This document shows, piece by piece, positions 9,823-19,648 of a stretch of 64,000 nt of DNA. Position 1 is the stretch's first letter. Every line of letters begins with the position of its first letter. A model generated the notes under the pieces. The model was given only the letters and a program-made list of their open reading frames with translations. It searched no databases and was not told where the DNA came from. This DNA is from Bacillota bacterium. Its GTDB lineage: Bacteria > Bacillota > Sulfobacillia > JBFMBV01. The position numbers were made by a program, and so were the translations under genes. The stretch covers positions 13,761 to 77,760 of the forward strand of contig JBFMBV010000002.1 in assembly GCA_040755005.1 (NCBI GenBank), given 5' to 3'.

Positions 9823-11166
9823 ATGAAGGACACGCGCGCCCTGGCCATCCGGGTTCGTGCCCTGCTCGCCGCAGGCAACCGCTCCGAACTGGTCGCCCTC
9901 CTGGAAGACCTGCACCCTGCCGACGTGGCCGACATCCTGGAGCGTCTGGCGCTCAGCGGCGCCGTCCAGGTGTTCGGCCTGCTCGACCCAGAGACTGCCG
10001 CGGAAGTCCTGGCCGAGGCTGAGAATGCGCCTGCTCTGGTCAGCCGGATGGCCGACAGCGCGGTCGCGCCGGTCCTCGATGAGATGGGTGCCGACGATGT
10101 GGCGGACCTCATCGCCGAGGTGCCGGCCGGTCGGGCCGACCGGCTGCTGGGCTTGATGGAGGCCGACGAGGCCGGAGACGTCCAGGAGCTGCTCGAACAC
10201 GCCCCTGACAGCGCCGGCGGCCTGATGACCACCGAGTTCATCTCCCTGCCCAGCCAACTTACGGTCGCCGCAGCGATCGACGCCATCCGCGCCAAAGCCC
10301 CCGACGCCGAACAGCCCTATTACATCTACGTCGTGGACGCCAGAGGGCGCCTGCTGGGCGTGCTGTCCCTGCGCGAGCTGATCATCGCGCCCGCCGGGGA
10401 CACCTTGGCCCAGCACATGGAGACCAACGTCATCACCGTAGCGCCCGCCACCGACCAGGAAGAGGCCGCGCGGCTGGTGGGCAAGTATGACCTCCTGGCC
10501 TTGCCGGTCGTTGATTCCCACCAGCGCCTGCTAGGTATCATCACCGTAGACGACGTCATCGACGTCATCCAAGCAGAACACACCGAAGACCTGAACCTGT
10601 TCTCCGGCTCCGGCCATGGCGACGTGGTGGTGACGGGCAACGCCTGGACGAGGACGATGCGCCGCCTGCCCTGGCTGGTGGTCTGCTTGTTCGGCGACCT
10701 CCTGTCAGGCGGGGTCATCCACTTCTTCGAAGGGGCACTGCAAAGCCTCGTGGCCCTGGCCTACTTCATCCCGGTCCTGATGGACATGGGCGGCAACGTC
10801 GGCACGCAATCCCTCGCCATCATGGTGCGGGGCCTGGCCATCGGCCAGATCGACTCCCGGCGGATCCTGCGCCTGGTCTTCCGGGAGCTGCAGGTGGGGG
10901 CGTTGGCTGGCGCCATCACGGGCACTCTGGTCGCGGTGATCGCCTCGGTCTGGCAGGGCAACCCCACCCTGGGACTGGTGGTCGGGATCGCCATGGCTAG
11001 CACGCTGACGGTCGCCGCCGCCGTCGGGACCACCGTGCCCCTGGTGCTCAGCCGGTTGGGCGTGGACCCGGCCATCGCCTCGGGACCGTTCATCACCACC
11101 GTCATCGACGTCGCCGGCCTGGTCATCTACTTCCGCCTGGCCGTGGCACTGCTGGGAGTCATCTGA
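9823..11166 (+). CDS. mgtE: Magnesium transporter MgtE
   Basis: N-terminal MgtE_N-like acidic domain, tandem CBS region, C-terminal 5-TM MgtE domain (PVLMDMGGNVGTQS). Confidence 0.85.
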   Translation: MKDTRALAIRVRALLAAGNRSELVALLEDLHPADVADILERLALSGAVQVFGLLDPETAAEVLAEAENAPALVSRMADSAVAPVLDEMGADDVADLIAEVPAGRADRLLGLMEADEAGDVQELLEHAPDSAGGLMTTEFISLPSQLTVAAAIDAIRAKAPDAEQPYYIYVVDARGRLLGVLSLRELIIAPAGDTLAQHMETNVITVAPATDQEEAARLVGKYDLLALPVVDSHQRLLGIITVDDVIDVIQAEHTEDLNLFSGSGHGDVVVTGNAWTRTMRRLPWLVVCLFGDLLSGGVIHFFEGALQSLVALAYFIPVLMDMGGNVGTQSLAIMVRGLAIGQIDSRRILRLVFRELQVGALAGAITGTLVAVIASVWQGNPTLGLVVGIAMASTLTVAAAVGTTVPLVLSRLGVDPAIASGPFITTVIDVAGLVIYFRLAVALLGVI

Positions 11167-11177
11167 GGAGGGAAGCC

Positions 11178-11942
11178 GTGGCCCTGGTCAACAGCGAGGG
11201 GATCGTCCTCAGGGTTCGCGACCTTGGCGAAGCTGACCGGCTGCTCACCATCCTCGGCGACGCAGGCGGCAAGTACCGCGCCGTCGCGCGGGGCGCCCGG
11301 CGCCCCCGCAACCGGCTGGTGGCCGCCGCCCAGCCCTTCGTCCACGCCCGCTTCTCCCTGTTCAAGGGCAGCGGGTTGCATGCCATCAGCCAGTGCGAGG
11401 TCAAGGAGTCCTTCCGTGGGCTGCGCGAGGACCTGTCCGCCTTCGCCCACGCGTCCTACGCCGTGGAACTAGTGGACGAGTTCGCCCGCGAGGGCGACGA
11501 GGCCCAGGCCCTGTTCTACACCCTGCTCAACTACCTGCACCTCCTGGCCGCCGGGAGGACCAATCCTCTGCTGAGGCGGGCCTTTGAGCTGCGGATGTTG
11601 GACATCGGCGGGTTCAAGCCCCAGTTCGAGGCGTGCGCGGCCTGCGGTCGCGCTGTGGCGGAGAACCCCGTCCCCTTCGGGCCCGCGGCGGGCGGCCTGC
11701 TCTGCCCAGCCTGCGCGGGGAAGGAGGCCACGGTGGTGGTGGGGCGAGACACCGTCGCCGCTGCCAACATGCTCCTGCGCCTGGAGTTGAGCCGTGCGGG
11801 CACCGTCCATTGCACCGAGAAGGCCCGGGCTGAACTGGGGCGCCTATTGGACCGGCATCTGCTCCACCGCCTCGGGCGATCCCTGAAGACCCTCAGCTTC
11901 CTGACCGAACTGAGCGCGACGGAGGTGTCACCGGATGGATGA
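11178..11942 (+). CDS. recO: DNA repair protein RecO
   Basis: N-terminal OB-fold sequence typical of RecO (EGIVLRVRDLGEADRLLTIL); C-terminal CxxC...CxxC zinc finger; RBS GAGGAGGG before GTG. Confidence 0.8.
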   Translation: MALVNSEGIVLRVRDLGEADRLLTILGDAGGKYRAVARGARRPRNRLVAAAQPFVHARFSLFKGSGLHAISQCEVKESFRGLREDLSAFAHASYAVELVDEFAREGDEAQALFYTLLNYLHLLAAGRTNPLLRRAFELRMLDIGGFKPQFEACAACGRAVAENPVPFGPAAGGLLCPACAGKEATVVVGRDTVAAANMLLRLELSRAGTVHCTEKARAELGRLLDRHLLHRLGRSLKTLSFLTELSATEVSPDG

Positions 11943-12882
11943 GCCGCGCACCCACGAAGAGGTCGAGACCACCCGGGCCGAGAAGGTGCTGGCCCTCGGC
12001 CTGGCTGTCTTCCTGCTCATCGGCGGGTTCTGGGTCACAGGCCGGCTGGAGCGGCTGGCGCCGCACGTCGATCAGCAGGCCCTCGAGGTCAAGTACCGTC
12101 TCCCTGAGCTGCGGCAGCCCGTAATGGACTGGGACCGCCTGCTGGGTACGGCCGGTGCGGAAGTGGCCAAGAAAGGCCAGGCGGCCGAAGAGGCCAGGGC
12201 GGCCTACGAGTTCCGCCGCGAGGAGTACCGGGTCACCGTGGATCGCGGGGCGCCCGACGCGGCCAAGGAACTCCTCTACCAGCAGGCCTTGACGGCCTTC
12301 GAGGCGGCCCGGGCCGAGTCCGAGCTGGCGCGGGACGCCCAGGAGCAACTTACGGTCCAGGCGGAGCCAGCCAAAGCGGCTCTGGCCCGGGCCGAGCAGG
12401 CGATGTATACTGAGTGGTCGCGGCTCAACGACCGGACGGAGTTGATCCTCTTCCTGCTCAGGTTCGGCTGGGCCGCCCCCGTGCTGGTCTTGTCGATCCA
12501 TGTCTGGCAGCGCGCCCGTCGGCGCGGGAGCCAGCTGCTCATCGCCGCCACGGCCTTGCTGGGCGCCGCCGTCATCCAGCTGGCGGTGCTGGTAGGCCGA
12601 TACTCCTGGCACCTGCTACGGGATAGCTCGATGTTGGCCGTGTCCGTCGTGGGTTCTGCCGTCACCGTTTACGGTATCGTTTTGCTCAAACGTTATGCTT
12701 TCAGCCCCGAGCGGCTCGCCTGGGGCCGCTGGCGCAAGGGCCAGTGCATCCGTTGCGGCCATCCGGCCGCCGGGGCGCATTGCCCGGCCTGCGGTACGTC
12801 CCTGACCCGGGCCTGCCGCGGATGCGGGACGGCTGTGCCGGCCCTGGCCAAATTCTGCCCAGGGTGCGGCGCCAGCGTTTGA
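11935..12882 (+). CDS. Hypothetical membrane protein with a coiled-coil region and a C-terminal double zinc ribbon
   Basis: TM helices; an A/E-rich region; four CxxC pairs at the C-terminus (CIRCGH..CPACG..CRGCG..CPGCG). Confidence 0.5.
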   Translation: MDEPRTHEEVETTRAEKVLALGLAVFLLIGGFWVTGRLERLAPHVDQQALEVKYRLPELRQPVMDWDRLLGTAGAEVAKKGQAAEEARAAYEFRREEYRVTVDRGAPDAAKELLYQQALTAFEAARAESELARDAQEQLTVQAEPAKAALARAEQAMYTEWSRLNDRTELILFLLRFGWAAPVLVLSIHVWQRARRRGSQLLIAATALLGAAVIQLAVLVGRYSWHLLRDSSMLAVSVVGSAVTVYGIVLLKRYAFSPERLAWGRWRKGQCIRCGHPAAGAHCPACGTSLTRACRGCGTAVPALAKFCPGCGASV

Positions 12883-12899
12883 CAGCCCTTGGGCCGTGT

Positions 12900-13125
12900 G
12901 CTAGAGTGAGGTTGTATCGAGGCCGAGGAAGGGCAGGAGTAATCGCGCGGGGGTCTCACAGCGAGCCGGCGGCGGTGGGAGGCTGGCGGGCTCCGGCGAT
13001 GAAGGGCAGCCCGGAGGCCGTGGTGCGAACGAGTGGGCGCCCGAGGCGGGCGCCAATCAGGGTGGAACCGCGGGTCAAGCCCCGTCCCTGGAAGCCGTGT
13101 TTCCGGCTAGGAAACGGCATCCTGA
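12900..13125 (+). promoter_or_regulatory. T-box riboswitch leader (glycine-specific candidate) upstream of glyQS
   Basis: T-box core AATCAGGGTGGAACCGCGG at 13055-13073 (consensus AAUUAGGGUGGUACCGCG). Downstream terminator hairpin GCCGTGTTTCC..GGAAACGGC at 13094-13118. GGC-A candidate specifier in GATGAAGGGCAGCC. Confidence 0.6.
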
Positions 13126-13164
13126 GCGGGGCTGCTTGCTGTCGTCAGGAAGGGAGGCCTGTGG

Positions 13165-14052
13165 GTGACGCTGCAGGAGATCATCTTCACCTTGCACCGG
13201 TCTTGGGGGGACCGCGGCTGCCTCATCGCCCAGCCTTATGACGTGGAGAAGGGCGCGGGCACCATGACCCCCTTCAGTTTCCTCAGGGCCATCGGCCCGG
13301 AGCCGTGGAAGGTGGCCTATGTGGAACCGTCCCGGCGTCCCGCCGATGCCAGGTACGGGGAGAACCCCAACCGACTGTTCCAGCACCACCAGTACCAGGT
13401 CATCATCAAGCCTTCGCCCGCTGACATCATCGACCTGTACCTCGCCAGTCTGGCCGCCATCGGCCTAGACCACCGCGCCCATGATGTGCGTTTCGTCGAG
13501 GATAACTGGGAGGCGCCTACCCTGGGGGCCTGGGGGGTAGGCTGGGAGGTCTGGTGCGACGGGATGGAGATCACCCAGTTCACCTATTTTCAGCAAGTCG
13601 GGGGCCTCGAGGTTCGGCCGGTCCCGGTGGAACTCACCTTCGGGCTGGAGCGGCTGGCTGCCTTCATCCAAGGCAAGGCCAGCGTCTTCGACGTGGAGTG
13701 GCTGCCCGGCCTCACCTACGGCGAAATCTTCCGCCAGAACGAAGTGGAGCAGTCTCAGTACAGCTTCGAGGCGGCCGACGTGGGCATGCTGCTGAAGCTG
13801 TTCGAGCTGTACGAGCAGGAGGCCAAGCGCCTGGCTGGGCTGAAGTTGATCCTGCCCGCCTACGACTACGTGCTGAAGTGCTCCCACACCTTCAACCTGC
13901 TGGAGGCTAGGGGGGCCGTGAGCGTCGCCGAACGGACCGGGTACATACTCCGGGTGCGCAACCTCGCCCGGCTGTGCGCCCAGGGCTATTACGACGAGCG
14001 GGAACGGCTCGGCTTCCCGCTGCTGAAGGAGGCCGGGGACGGTGCCCGCTGA
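13165..14052 (+). CDS. glyQ: Glycine--tRNA ligase alpha subunit
   Basis: Highly conserved GlyQ sequence ([30 protein letters not shown]...); RBS GGAAGGGAGG. Confidence 0.9.
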   Translation: MTLQEIIFTLHRSWGDRGCLIAQPYDVEKGAGTMTPFSFLRAIGPEPWKVAYVEPSRRPADARYGENPNRLFQHHQYQVIIKPSPADIIDLYLASLAAIGLDHRAHDVRFVEDNWEAPTLGAWGVGWEVWCDGMEITQFTYFQQVGGLEVRPVPVELTFGLERLAAFIQGKASVFDVEWLPGLTYGEIFRQNEVEQSQYSFEAADVGMLLKLFELYEQEAKRLAGLKLILPAYDYVLKCSHTFNLLEARGAVSVAERTGYILRVRNLARLCAQGYYDERERLGFPLLKEAGDGAR

Positions 14053-16150
14053 CCTGATCCTGGAGATCGGCGTGGAGGAGTTCCCCGCCAAAGCCATGCC
14101 CTCCACCCTGGCGGCCCTGGCGGAGCGGGGGCGGCATGCCCTCAACGAGGCTAGGCTGGTCCCCGGCGGCGTGCGGGCCTTCGGCACCCCCCGGCGCTTG
14201 ACGCTGGTGGCGGGAGGGGTGCCCGACCGGCAGGCCCCCGTGACCGTCGAGGCCAGGGGCCCTGCGGTGAAGGCGGCCTTCGACGCCGGAGGGCAGCCCA
14301 CCAAAGCTGCCCTAGGCTTCGCATCGGGCCAGGGGGTGCCCGTGAGTTCCCTGGAGCGGCGGCCCACCCCCGCCGGCGAGTACCTGTACGCTGTCCGCAG
14401 CGACCCGGGCAGGCCTGCCCTTGACGTGCTGGCCGAGATCCTACCCCAGCTCATCGCCGGCCTGGAATTCCCCCGGGCCATGCGCTGGGGGACGGTGGAC
14501 TTCAAGTTCCTGCGGCCGATCCGCTGGCTCCTCTGCCTCCTGGGCAGCGAGGTGGTGCCCTGCGCCGTGGCCGGCGTGGCCAGCGGGCGGGAGACCTATG
14601 GCCACCGCGCACTGCACCCCGGCCGCGTGACCGTGCCCGAGGCCGGATCCTACCTGGCGCAGCTGGAGGGGGCCTGGGTCATGGCCGACCAGGACGCCCG
14701 CCGGCGGGCCATCCAGGCCCAGGTGGCCGCCCTGGCCGCCGAGGTGGGCGGGGTGGTGCCCGCGGATCCGGAGCTGCTGGAGGAGGTCACCCAGCTGGTC
14801 GAGTACCCGACCGCCCTGCGGGGCAAGTTTGACGCCCGCTTCCTCAAGCTGCCCGCCGACGTGCTCATCACCACCATGAAACACCACCAGCGCTACTTCC
14901 CCGTCCTCGGCGGCGACGGGCAGGTGTTGCCCCATTTCATCACCGTGCGCAACGGCGACGCCACCGGGCTGGAGACGGTCCGCCGGGGCAACGAGCATGT
15001 GCTCACCGCCCGCCTGGAAGACGCGGCCTTCTTCTACGGGGAAGACCTGAAGGTCCCCCTGGCCGACCGGGTGGAGACCCTCGCGGGCGTCACCTTCCTG
15101 GAGGCTCTGGGCACCATGGCCGACAAGAGCCGCCGCCTGGAACAGATCGCGGCGGGCCTTGCCCGCCTGGCGGCCGGGGTCCTGCCCGGCCTGGATTCGG
15201 CCTTGGCGGCTAGGGCCGGCAAGCTGGCCAAAGCCGACCTCACCACGGCGGTGGTCAAAGAGTTCCCCGAACTCCAGGGCTACATGGGCCGGGAGTACGC
15301 GCGCCTGTCCGGTGAGGCGCAGGCGGTCTGCCAGGCCATCGACGAGCACTACCGTCCGCGGGGTGCCGGGGCCGAGCTGCCCGGGACCCCCCTGGGGATA
15401 GTCCTGGCCGTGGCCGACAAGCTGGATACCGTGGCAGGCTGCCTGGGAGTGGGGCTTAACCCCACCGGTTCCCAGGACCCCTACGGGCTGCGGCGCCGGG
15501 CCGCCGGCGTGGTGGCGACCCTGCTCGCCCACGACCTGCCCCTCGACCTCAAGGCCGCCGTGGGCCTCGTCCAGGCGGCGTATCCCGAGGCGGTCCGGGA
15601 GCAGATCGCCGCCGCCCTGCCGGCCATCCTCGATTTCCTGCGCCAGCGCACCCGGGGCCTCCTGGCTGAGGCAGGACACAGGTACGATGTCATCGAAGCT
15701 GCCATGGGCACCGCCGGGGCCGACGACCCCGCCGACGCCCGGCGGCGTTGCCGCGCCCTGGAGCGCTTCCGCGCCGAGGAGGGGTTCGCCGACTTGGTGG
15801 TCGGGTTCACCAGGGCCTACAACATCGCCGGCAAGGCGGGAGAGGGCCCTGTGGACCCGGCCCGGTTCACCGAACCCGCCGAAGGCGCCCTGTACTCCGC
15901 CCTGGAGCGGGCCGGGCCGCCCTTGCGGGCCGCGCTCAGGGCCTTTGACTACGACCGCTTCTTCAGGGAGGCAGCGGCCTTGCGCGGTCCCATCGACACC
16001 TTCTTCACCGAGGTGTTCGTGATGGCCGAAGCTGAGGCGGTCCGCACCAACCGGCTGGCCCTGGTGCGGGACGTGGCCAGGCTGCTGGGCGCGGGCGCGG
16101 ACCTGAGCAAGCTGGCGGGCGACGAACGCGTGGCCGGGGAGGGGCGATAG
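14042..16150 (+). CDS. glyS: Glycine--tRNA ligase beta subunit
   Basis: About 700 aa; GlyS N-terminus ([14 protein letters not shown]); start overlaps the glyQ stop. Confidence 0.9.
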   Translation: MPADLILEIGVEEFPAKAMPSTLAALAERGRHALNEARLVPGGVRAFGTPRRLTLVAGGVPDRQAPVTVEARGPAVKAAFDAGGQPTKAALGFASGQGVPVSSLERRPTPAGEYLYAVRSDPGRPALDVLAEILPQLIAGLEFPRAMRWGTVDFKFLRPIRWLLCLLGSEVVPCAVAGVASGRETYGHRALHPGRVTVPEAGSYLAQLEGAWVMADQDARRRAIQAQVAALAAEVGGVVPADPELLEEVTQLVEYPTALRGKFDARFLKLPADVLITTMKHHQRYFPVLGGDGQVLPHFITVRNGDATGLETVRRGNEHVLTARLEDAAFFYGEDLKVPLADRVETLAGVTFLEALGTMADKSRRLEQIAAGLARLAAGVLPGLDSALAARAGKLAKADLTTAVVKEFPELQGYMGREYARLSGEAQAVCQAIDEHYRPRGAGAELPGTPLGIVLAVADKLDTVAGCLGVGLNPTGSQDPYGLRRRAAGVVATLLAHDLPLDLKAAVGLVQAAYPEAVREQIAAALPAILDFLRQRTRGLLAEAGHRYDVIEAAMGTAGADDPADARRRCRALERFRAEEGFADLVVGFTRAYNIAGKAGEGPVDPARFTEPAEGALYSALERAGPPLRAALRAFDYDRFFREAAALRGPIDTFFTEVFVMAEAEAVRTNRLALVRDVARLLGAGADLSKLAGDERVAGEGR

Positions 16151-16154
16151 ACTG

Positions 16155-16997
16155 ATGCGAGGGGTGGCAACCACGCCCGTGCCCGAAGTGCCGATCATCT
16201 ATGTGGTTTCCGACTCCATCGGCGAGACGGCCGAACTGGTGGCCAGGGCGGCCCTGAGCCAGTTTGACCCAGGCACCATGGCCATCCGGCGCATCGCCTA
16301 CGCTACCGAGGAATCCGACATCCACGCAGTGCTCAAGGAAGCCCGGCCCGGCAAGGCTGTGATCGCCTACACCCTCATCTCGCCCGGGCTCCGGGACTTG
16401 GTGAAGGCGGAGACGGCCAAGAAGGGCATCCCCGCCGTGGACATCCTCGGGCCAATGATGGACGCCATCATGCTTTTGACCGACCTCTGCCCGCGGCTGC
16501 AGCCGGGCCTCATCCACCGGCTAGACGAAGATTACTTCCGACGAGTGGAAGCCGTGGAGTTCGCCGTAAAATACGACGACGGCAAGAACCCGGCCGGCCT
16601 CAAGCACGCCGACGTGGTGATCATCGGGGTCTCCCGGACATCCAAGACGCCGGTCTGCATGTACCTGGCCCAGAAGCGCATCAAGGCCGCCAATGTGCCG
16701 TTGGTGCCGGAGCTGAGCCCCCCGCCGGAGCTGATGGCCCTGCCCCACAGCAAGGTCGTGGGCCTGACCATCGATGCCCGTCAGTTGAACGAGATCCGTC
16801 GGGAACGGCTGCGCATCATCGGCCTGGACCCCAACGCCGACTACGCCAGTTCCCAGCGGATAAACCGCGAGCTGGAGTACGCCCGGGGGATCATGACCGA
16901 ACTCGGCTGTCCCGTCATCGATGTCACCAACAAGGCAGTGGAGGAGACGGTCAACCGGGTGCTCGAGGTCACCAACAGGAGGGAGACGCGTGCCTGA
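16155..16997 (+). CDS. Pyruvate, phosphate dikinase regulatory protein (PDRP, DUF299/YqfL)
   Basis: P-loop-like GVSRTSKTP, about 270 aa, directly upstream of ppdK. Confidence 0.85.
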   Translation: MRGVATTPVPEVPIIYVVSDSIGETAELVARAALSQFDPGTMAIRRIAYATEESDIHAVLKEARPGKAVIAYTLISPGLRDLVKAETAKKGIPAVDILGPMMDAIMLLTDLCPRLQPGLIHRLDEDYFRRVEAVEFAVKYDDGKNPAGLKHADVVIIGVSRTSKTPVCMYLAQKRIKAANVPLVPELSPPPELMALPHSKVVGLTIDARQLNEIRRERLRIIGLDPNADYASSQRINRELEYARGIMTELGCPVIDVTNKAVEETVNRVLEVTNRRETRA

Positions 16998-19629
16998 ACG
17001 ACTCGTGTACGCCTTCACCGACGGCACCGCCCAGATGCGCGAGCTACTGGGCGGCAAAGGGGCGAACCTGGCTGAGATGACCCGGCTGGGCCTGCCCGTG
17101 CCGCCGGGGTTCACCATCACCACCGTCGCTTGCCGGGACTACTACCGCAGCGGTGGGAAGCTGCCCCAGGGCCTGCTGGACCAAGTGGGGGCGGCGCTCC
17201 AGGGCCTGGAGGCGGTGACAGGCAAGGGCTTCGGCGACCCGGCCAACCCGCTGCTGGTGTCGGTCCGGTCAGGGGCGGCCGTGTCCATGCCCGGCATGAT
17301 GGACACCATCCTCAACCTCGGCCTGAACGACGCTACCGCTGAGGGGCTCGCGCGCCTCACCCAGGACAGGCGTTTCGCCCTGGACTGCTACCGGCGCTTC
17401 ATCCAGATGTTCAGCGACGTGGTGATGGGTCTGGACCTGGGCCGGTTCGAGGGCATCCTGGCCAAGGCCCGGGCCGCCGAGGGCGTGGCCGACGACCACC
17501 AGCTCTCCGCAGGCAGCCTGCAGGGGGTCGTCGCCGGCTACCTGCGTGAAGTGGCGGCCGCCGGGCGCAAGTTCCCCCAGGACCCCCTGGAGCAGCTGCG
17601 CCTGGCCGTGGAGGCAGTCTTCCGTTCCTGGAACACCGAGCGCGCCAAGGTGTACCGGCGCTCCCAGCGCATCCCCGACGACCTCGGCACCGCCGTCAAC
17701 ATCCAGGCGATGGTGTTCGGGAACACTGGCTCCGACAGCGGCACAGGCGTCGTCTTCACCCGCGACCCCTCCACCGGTAGGCCCGGCATCTACGGGGAGT
17801 TCCTGGTCAACGCCCAGGGCGAGGACGTGGTGGCGGGCATTCGCACCCCCATGCCCATCGCCGGCATGGCCGAGGCACTGCCCGGCTCCTACCTACGGCT
17901 GCTGGACTTGTGCGAGCTGCTGGAGGAGCACTACGGGGATATGCAGGACATCGAGTTCACCGTCGAGGGCGGACAGCTGTTCCTGCTGCAGACCCGCACC
18001 GGCAAGCGCACCGCCGCGGCGGCCCTGCGCCTGGCGGTGGACTTTGTCAGCGAGCGGCGGATCGAGCCAGAACAGGCCCTCAGACGGGTGGACCCCGCCC
18101 AGCTGGAGACGGTGCTCCACCGGGGCATCGACCCTCAGGCCAAGGTCAACGTGGTGGCCAGGGGCTTGCCGGCCTCACCGGGGGCTGCCAGCGGACTGGC
18201 CGTGTTCGAGGCCGACGCGGCCGAGGCCCGGGCCGCGGCCGGGTACAAGGTGATCCTGGTGCGGCCGGAGACCACCCCCGATGACATCCACGGCATCGTG
18301 GCGGCCCAAGGTGTCCTCACCAGCCGCGGCGGGATGACCTGCCACGCGGCCATCGTCGCCAGGCACATGGGCAAGCCCTGCGTGGTGGGGTGCGACGCCC
18401 TGGTCATCGACGCCGGCGCGGGGAGCTGCGCCTGCGGTGAGGTGGTGGTGCGCGAGGGCGACCTCATCTCCATCGACGGGGCCACGGGCCGGGTCATTCT
18501 CGGCGCAGTGCCCCTGGTGGAGCCCGAACTCAGCGAGGACTACCGCGTGCTCTTGGGCTGGGCCGACGCGGCCCGGGGCCTGGGGGTAAGGGCCAACGCC
18601 GACACCCCCGCCGACGCCCTGAAGGCGCGCCAGTTTGGGGCCGAAGGCATCGGCCTGTGCCGCACGGAGCACATGTTTATGGCCCCTGACCGGCTGCCGG
18701 TGGTGCAGGAGATGATCCTGGCGGAGGACGCCGCAGGCAGGGGGAAAGCCCTGGCCCGGCTCTTGCCGATGCAGCGCGGGGACTTCGAGGGCATCCTCGA
18801 GGCCATGGACGGGCTGCCCGTCACCATCCGGCTGCTGGACCCCCCCTTGCACGAATTCCTGCCTAATGCCGAAGAGCTATCCCTGGAGATCCAGGAGCTG
18901 AGACACCGCGGGAGGCCCGCGGCGGAAGTGGCCCAGCGGGAGGCCCTGCTCAAGCGCGTACGGGCCCTGGCCGAGTTCAACCCCATGCTGGGGCTGCGGG
19001 GCTGCCGCCTGGGCCTGGTGTACCCCGAGATCTACGCCATGCAGGCCCGGGCCGTCTTCGCGGCCACGGTCAACCTACTCAAGCGCGGTCGCGACCCGCA
19101 GCCCGAAGTGATGATACCCTTGGTGGGCATGCGGACTGAACTGGAGCAGACCCGGGATGCCATCCTCACGGTGATGCGGGACGTGTTCGACAAGGCCGGC
19201 GTCGAGCGGCACGTGCCCGTCGGCACCATGATCGAGCTGCCCAGGGCCGCCCTGGTGGCCGATGAGATCGCCGAGCTGGCGGAGTTCTTCTCCTACGGCA
19301 CCAACGACCTCACCCAGACCACCTTCGGCTTCTCCCGGGACGACGCCGAGGCCAAGTTCATGCACCGCTACCTCGACCTGAAGCTGCTCAGCGCCAACCC
19401 CTTCGCCACGTTGGACGAACGGGGCGTGGGCAGGCTGATGCTGATGGGGGTGGAGCTGGGGCGCAAGGCCCGCCCTGGCCTGAAGGTGGGCATCTGCGGC
19501 GAGCACGGCGGCGACCCCGCCTCGATCGACTTCTGCCACCGGATCGGGCTGGACTATGTGAGCTGCTCCCCCTACCGGGTGCCGGTGGCGCGGTTGGCAG
19601 CTGCCCAGGCCAAACTCAAGCACGGTTAA
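16990..19629 (+). CDS. ppdK: Pyruvate, phosphate dikinase
   Basis: PEP-utilising enzyme motifs (GGMTCHAAIVARHMG; TNDLTQ); about 880 aa. GTG 16990 preceded by AGGAGGGA; the track's upstream ATG 16921 lies inside the PDRP gene. Confidence 0.9.
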   Translation: MPERLVYAFTDGTAQMRELLGGKGANLAEMTRLGLPVPPGFTITTVACRDYYRSGGKLPQGLLDQVGAALQGLEAVTGKGFGDPANPLLVSVRSGAAVSMPGMMDTILNLGLNDATAEGLARLTQDRRFALDCYRRFIQMFSDVVMGLDLGRFEGILAKARAAEGVADDHQLSAGSLQGVVAGYLREVAAAGRKFPQDPLEQLRLAVEAVFRSWNTERAKVYRRSQRIPDDLGTAVNIQAMVFGNTGSDSGTGVVFTRDPSTGRPGIYGEFLVNAQGEDVVAGIRTPMPIAGMAEALPGSYLRLLDLCELLEEHYGDMQDIEFTVEGGQLFLLQTRTGKRTAAAALRLAVDFVSERRIEPEQALRRVDPAQLETVLHRGIDPQAKVNVVARGLPASPGAASGLAVFEADAAEARAAAGYKVILVRPETTPDDIHGIVAAQGVLTSRGGMTCHAAIVARHMGKPCVVGCDALVIDAGAGSCACGEVVVREGDLISIDGATGRVILGAVPLVEPELSEDYRVLLGWADAARGLGVRANADTPADALKARQFGAEGIGLCRTEHMFMAPDRLPVVQEMILAEDAAGRGKALARLLPMQRGDFEGILEAMDGLPVTIRLLDPPLHEFLPNAEELSLEIQELRHRGRPAAEVAQREALLKRVRALAEFNPMLGLRGCRLGLVYPEIYAMQARAVFAATVNLLKRGRDPQPEVMIPLVGMRTELEQTRDAILTVMRDVFDKAGVERHVPVGTMIELPRAALVADEIAELAEFFSYGTNDLTQTTFGFSRDDAEAKFMHRYLDLKLLSANPFATLDERGVGRLMLMGVELGRKARPGLKVGICGEHGGDPASIDFCHRIGLDYVSCSPYRVPVARLAAAQAKLKHG

Positions 19630-19648
19630 GGAGACGGACACACGAGGT

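Noticed and set aside
9778-10521. Minus-strand ORFs (9774-10295, 9778-10521) inside mgtE
   Set aside because: Antisense to a well-supported mgtE gene; no domains recognisable.
14441-16198. 585-aa minus-strand ORF antisense to glyS
   Set aside because: Antisense artefact in a GC-rich, highly conserved aminoacyl-tRNA synthetase gene.
16921-16989. Upstream ATG 16921 as ppdK start
   Set aside because: Would overlap the last 77 nt of the PDRP gene. GTG 16990 has a strong RBS (AGGAGGGA) and yields the conserved PPDK N-terminus (PERLVYAFTDG...).
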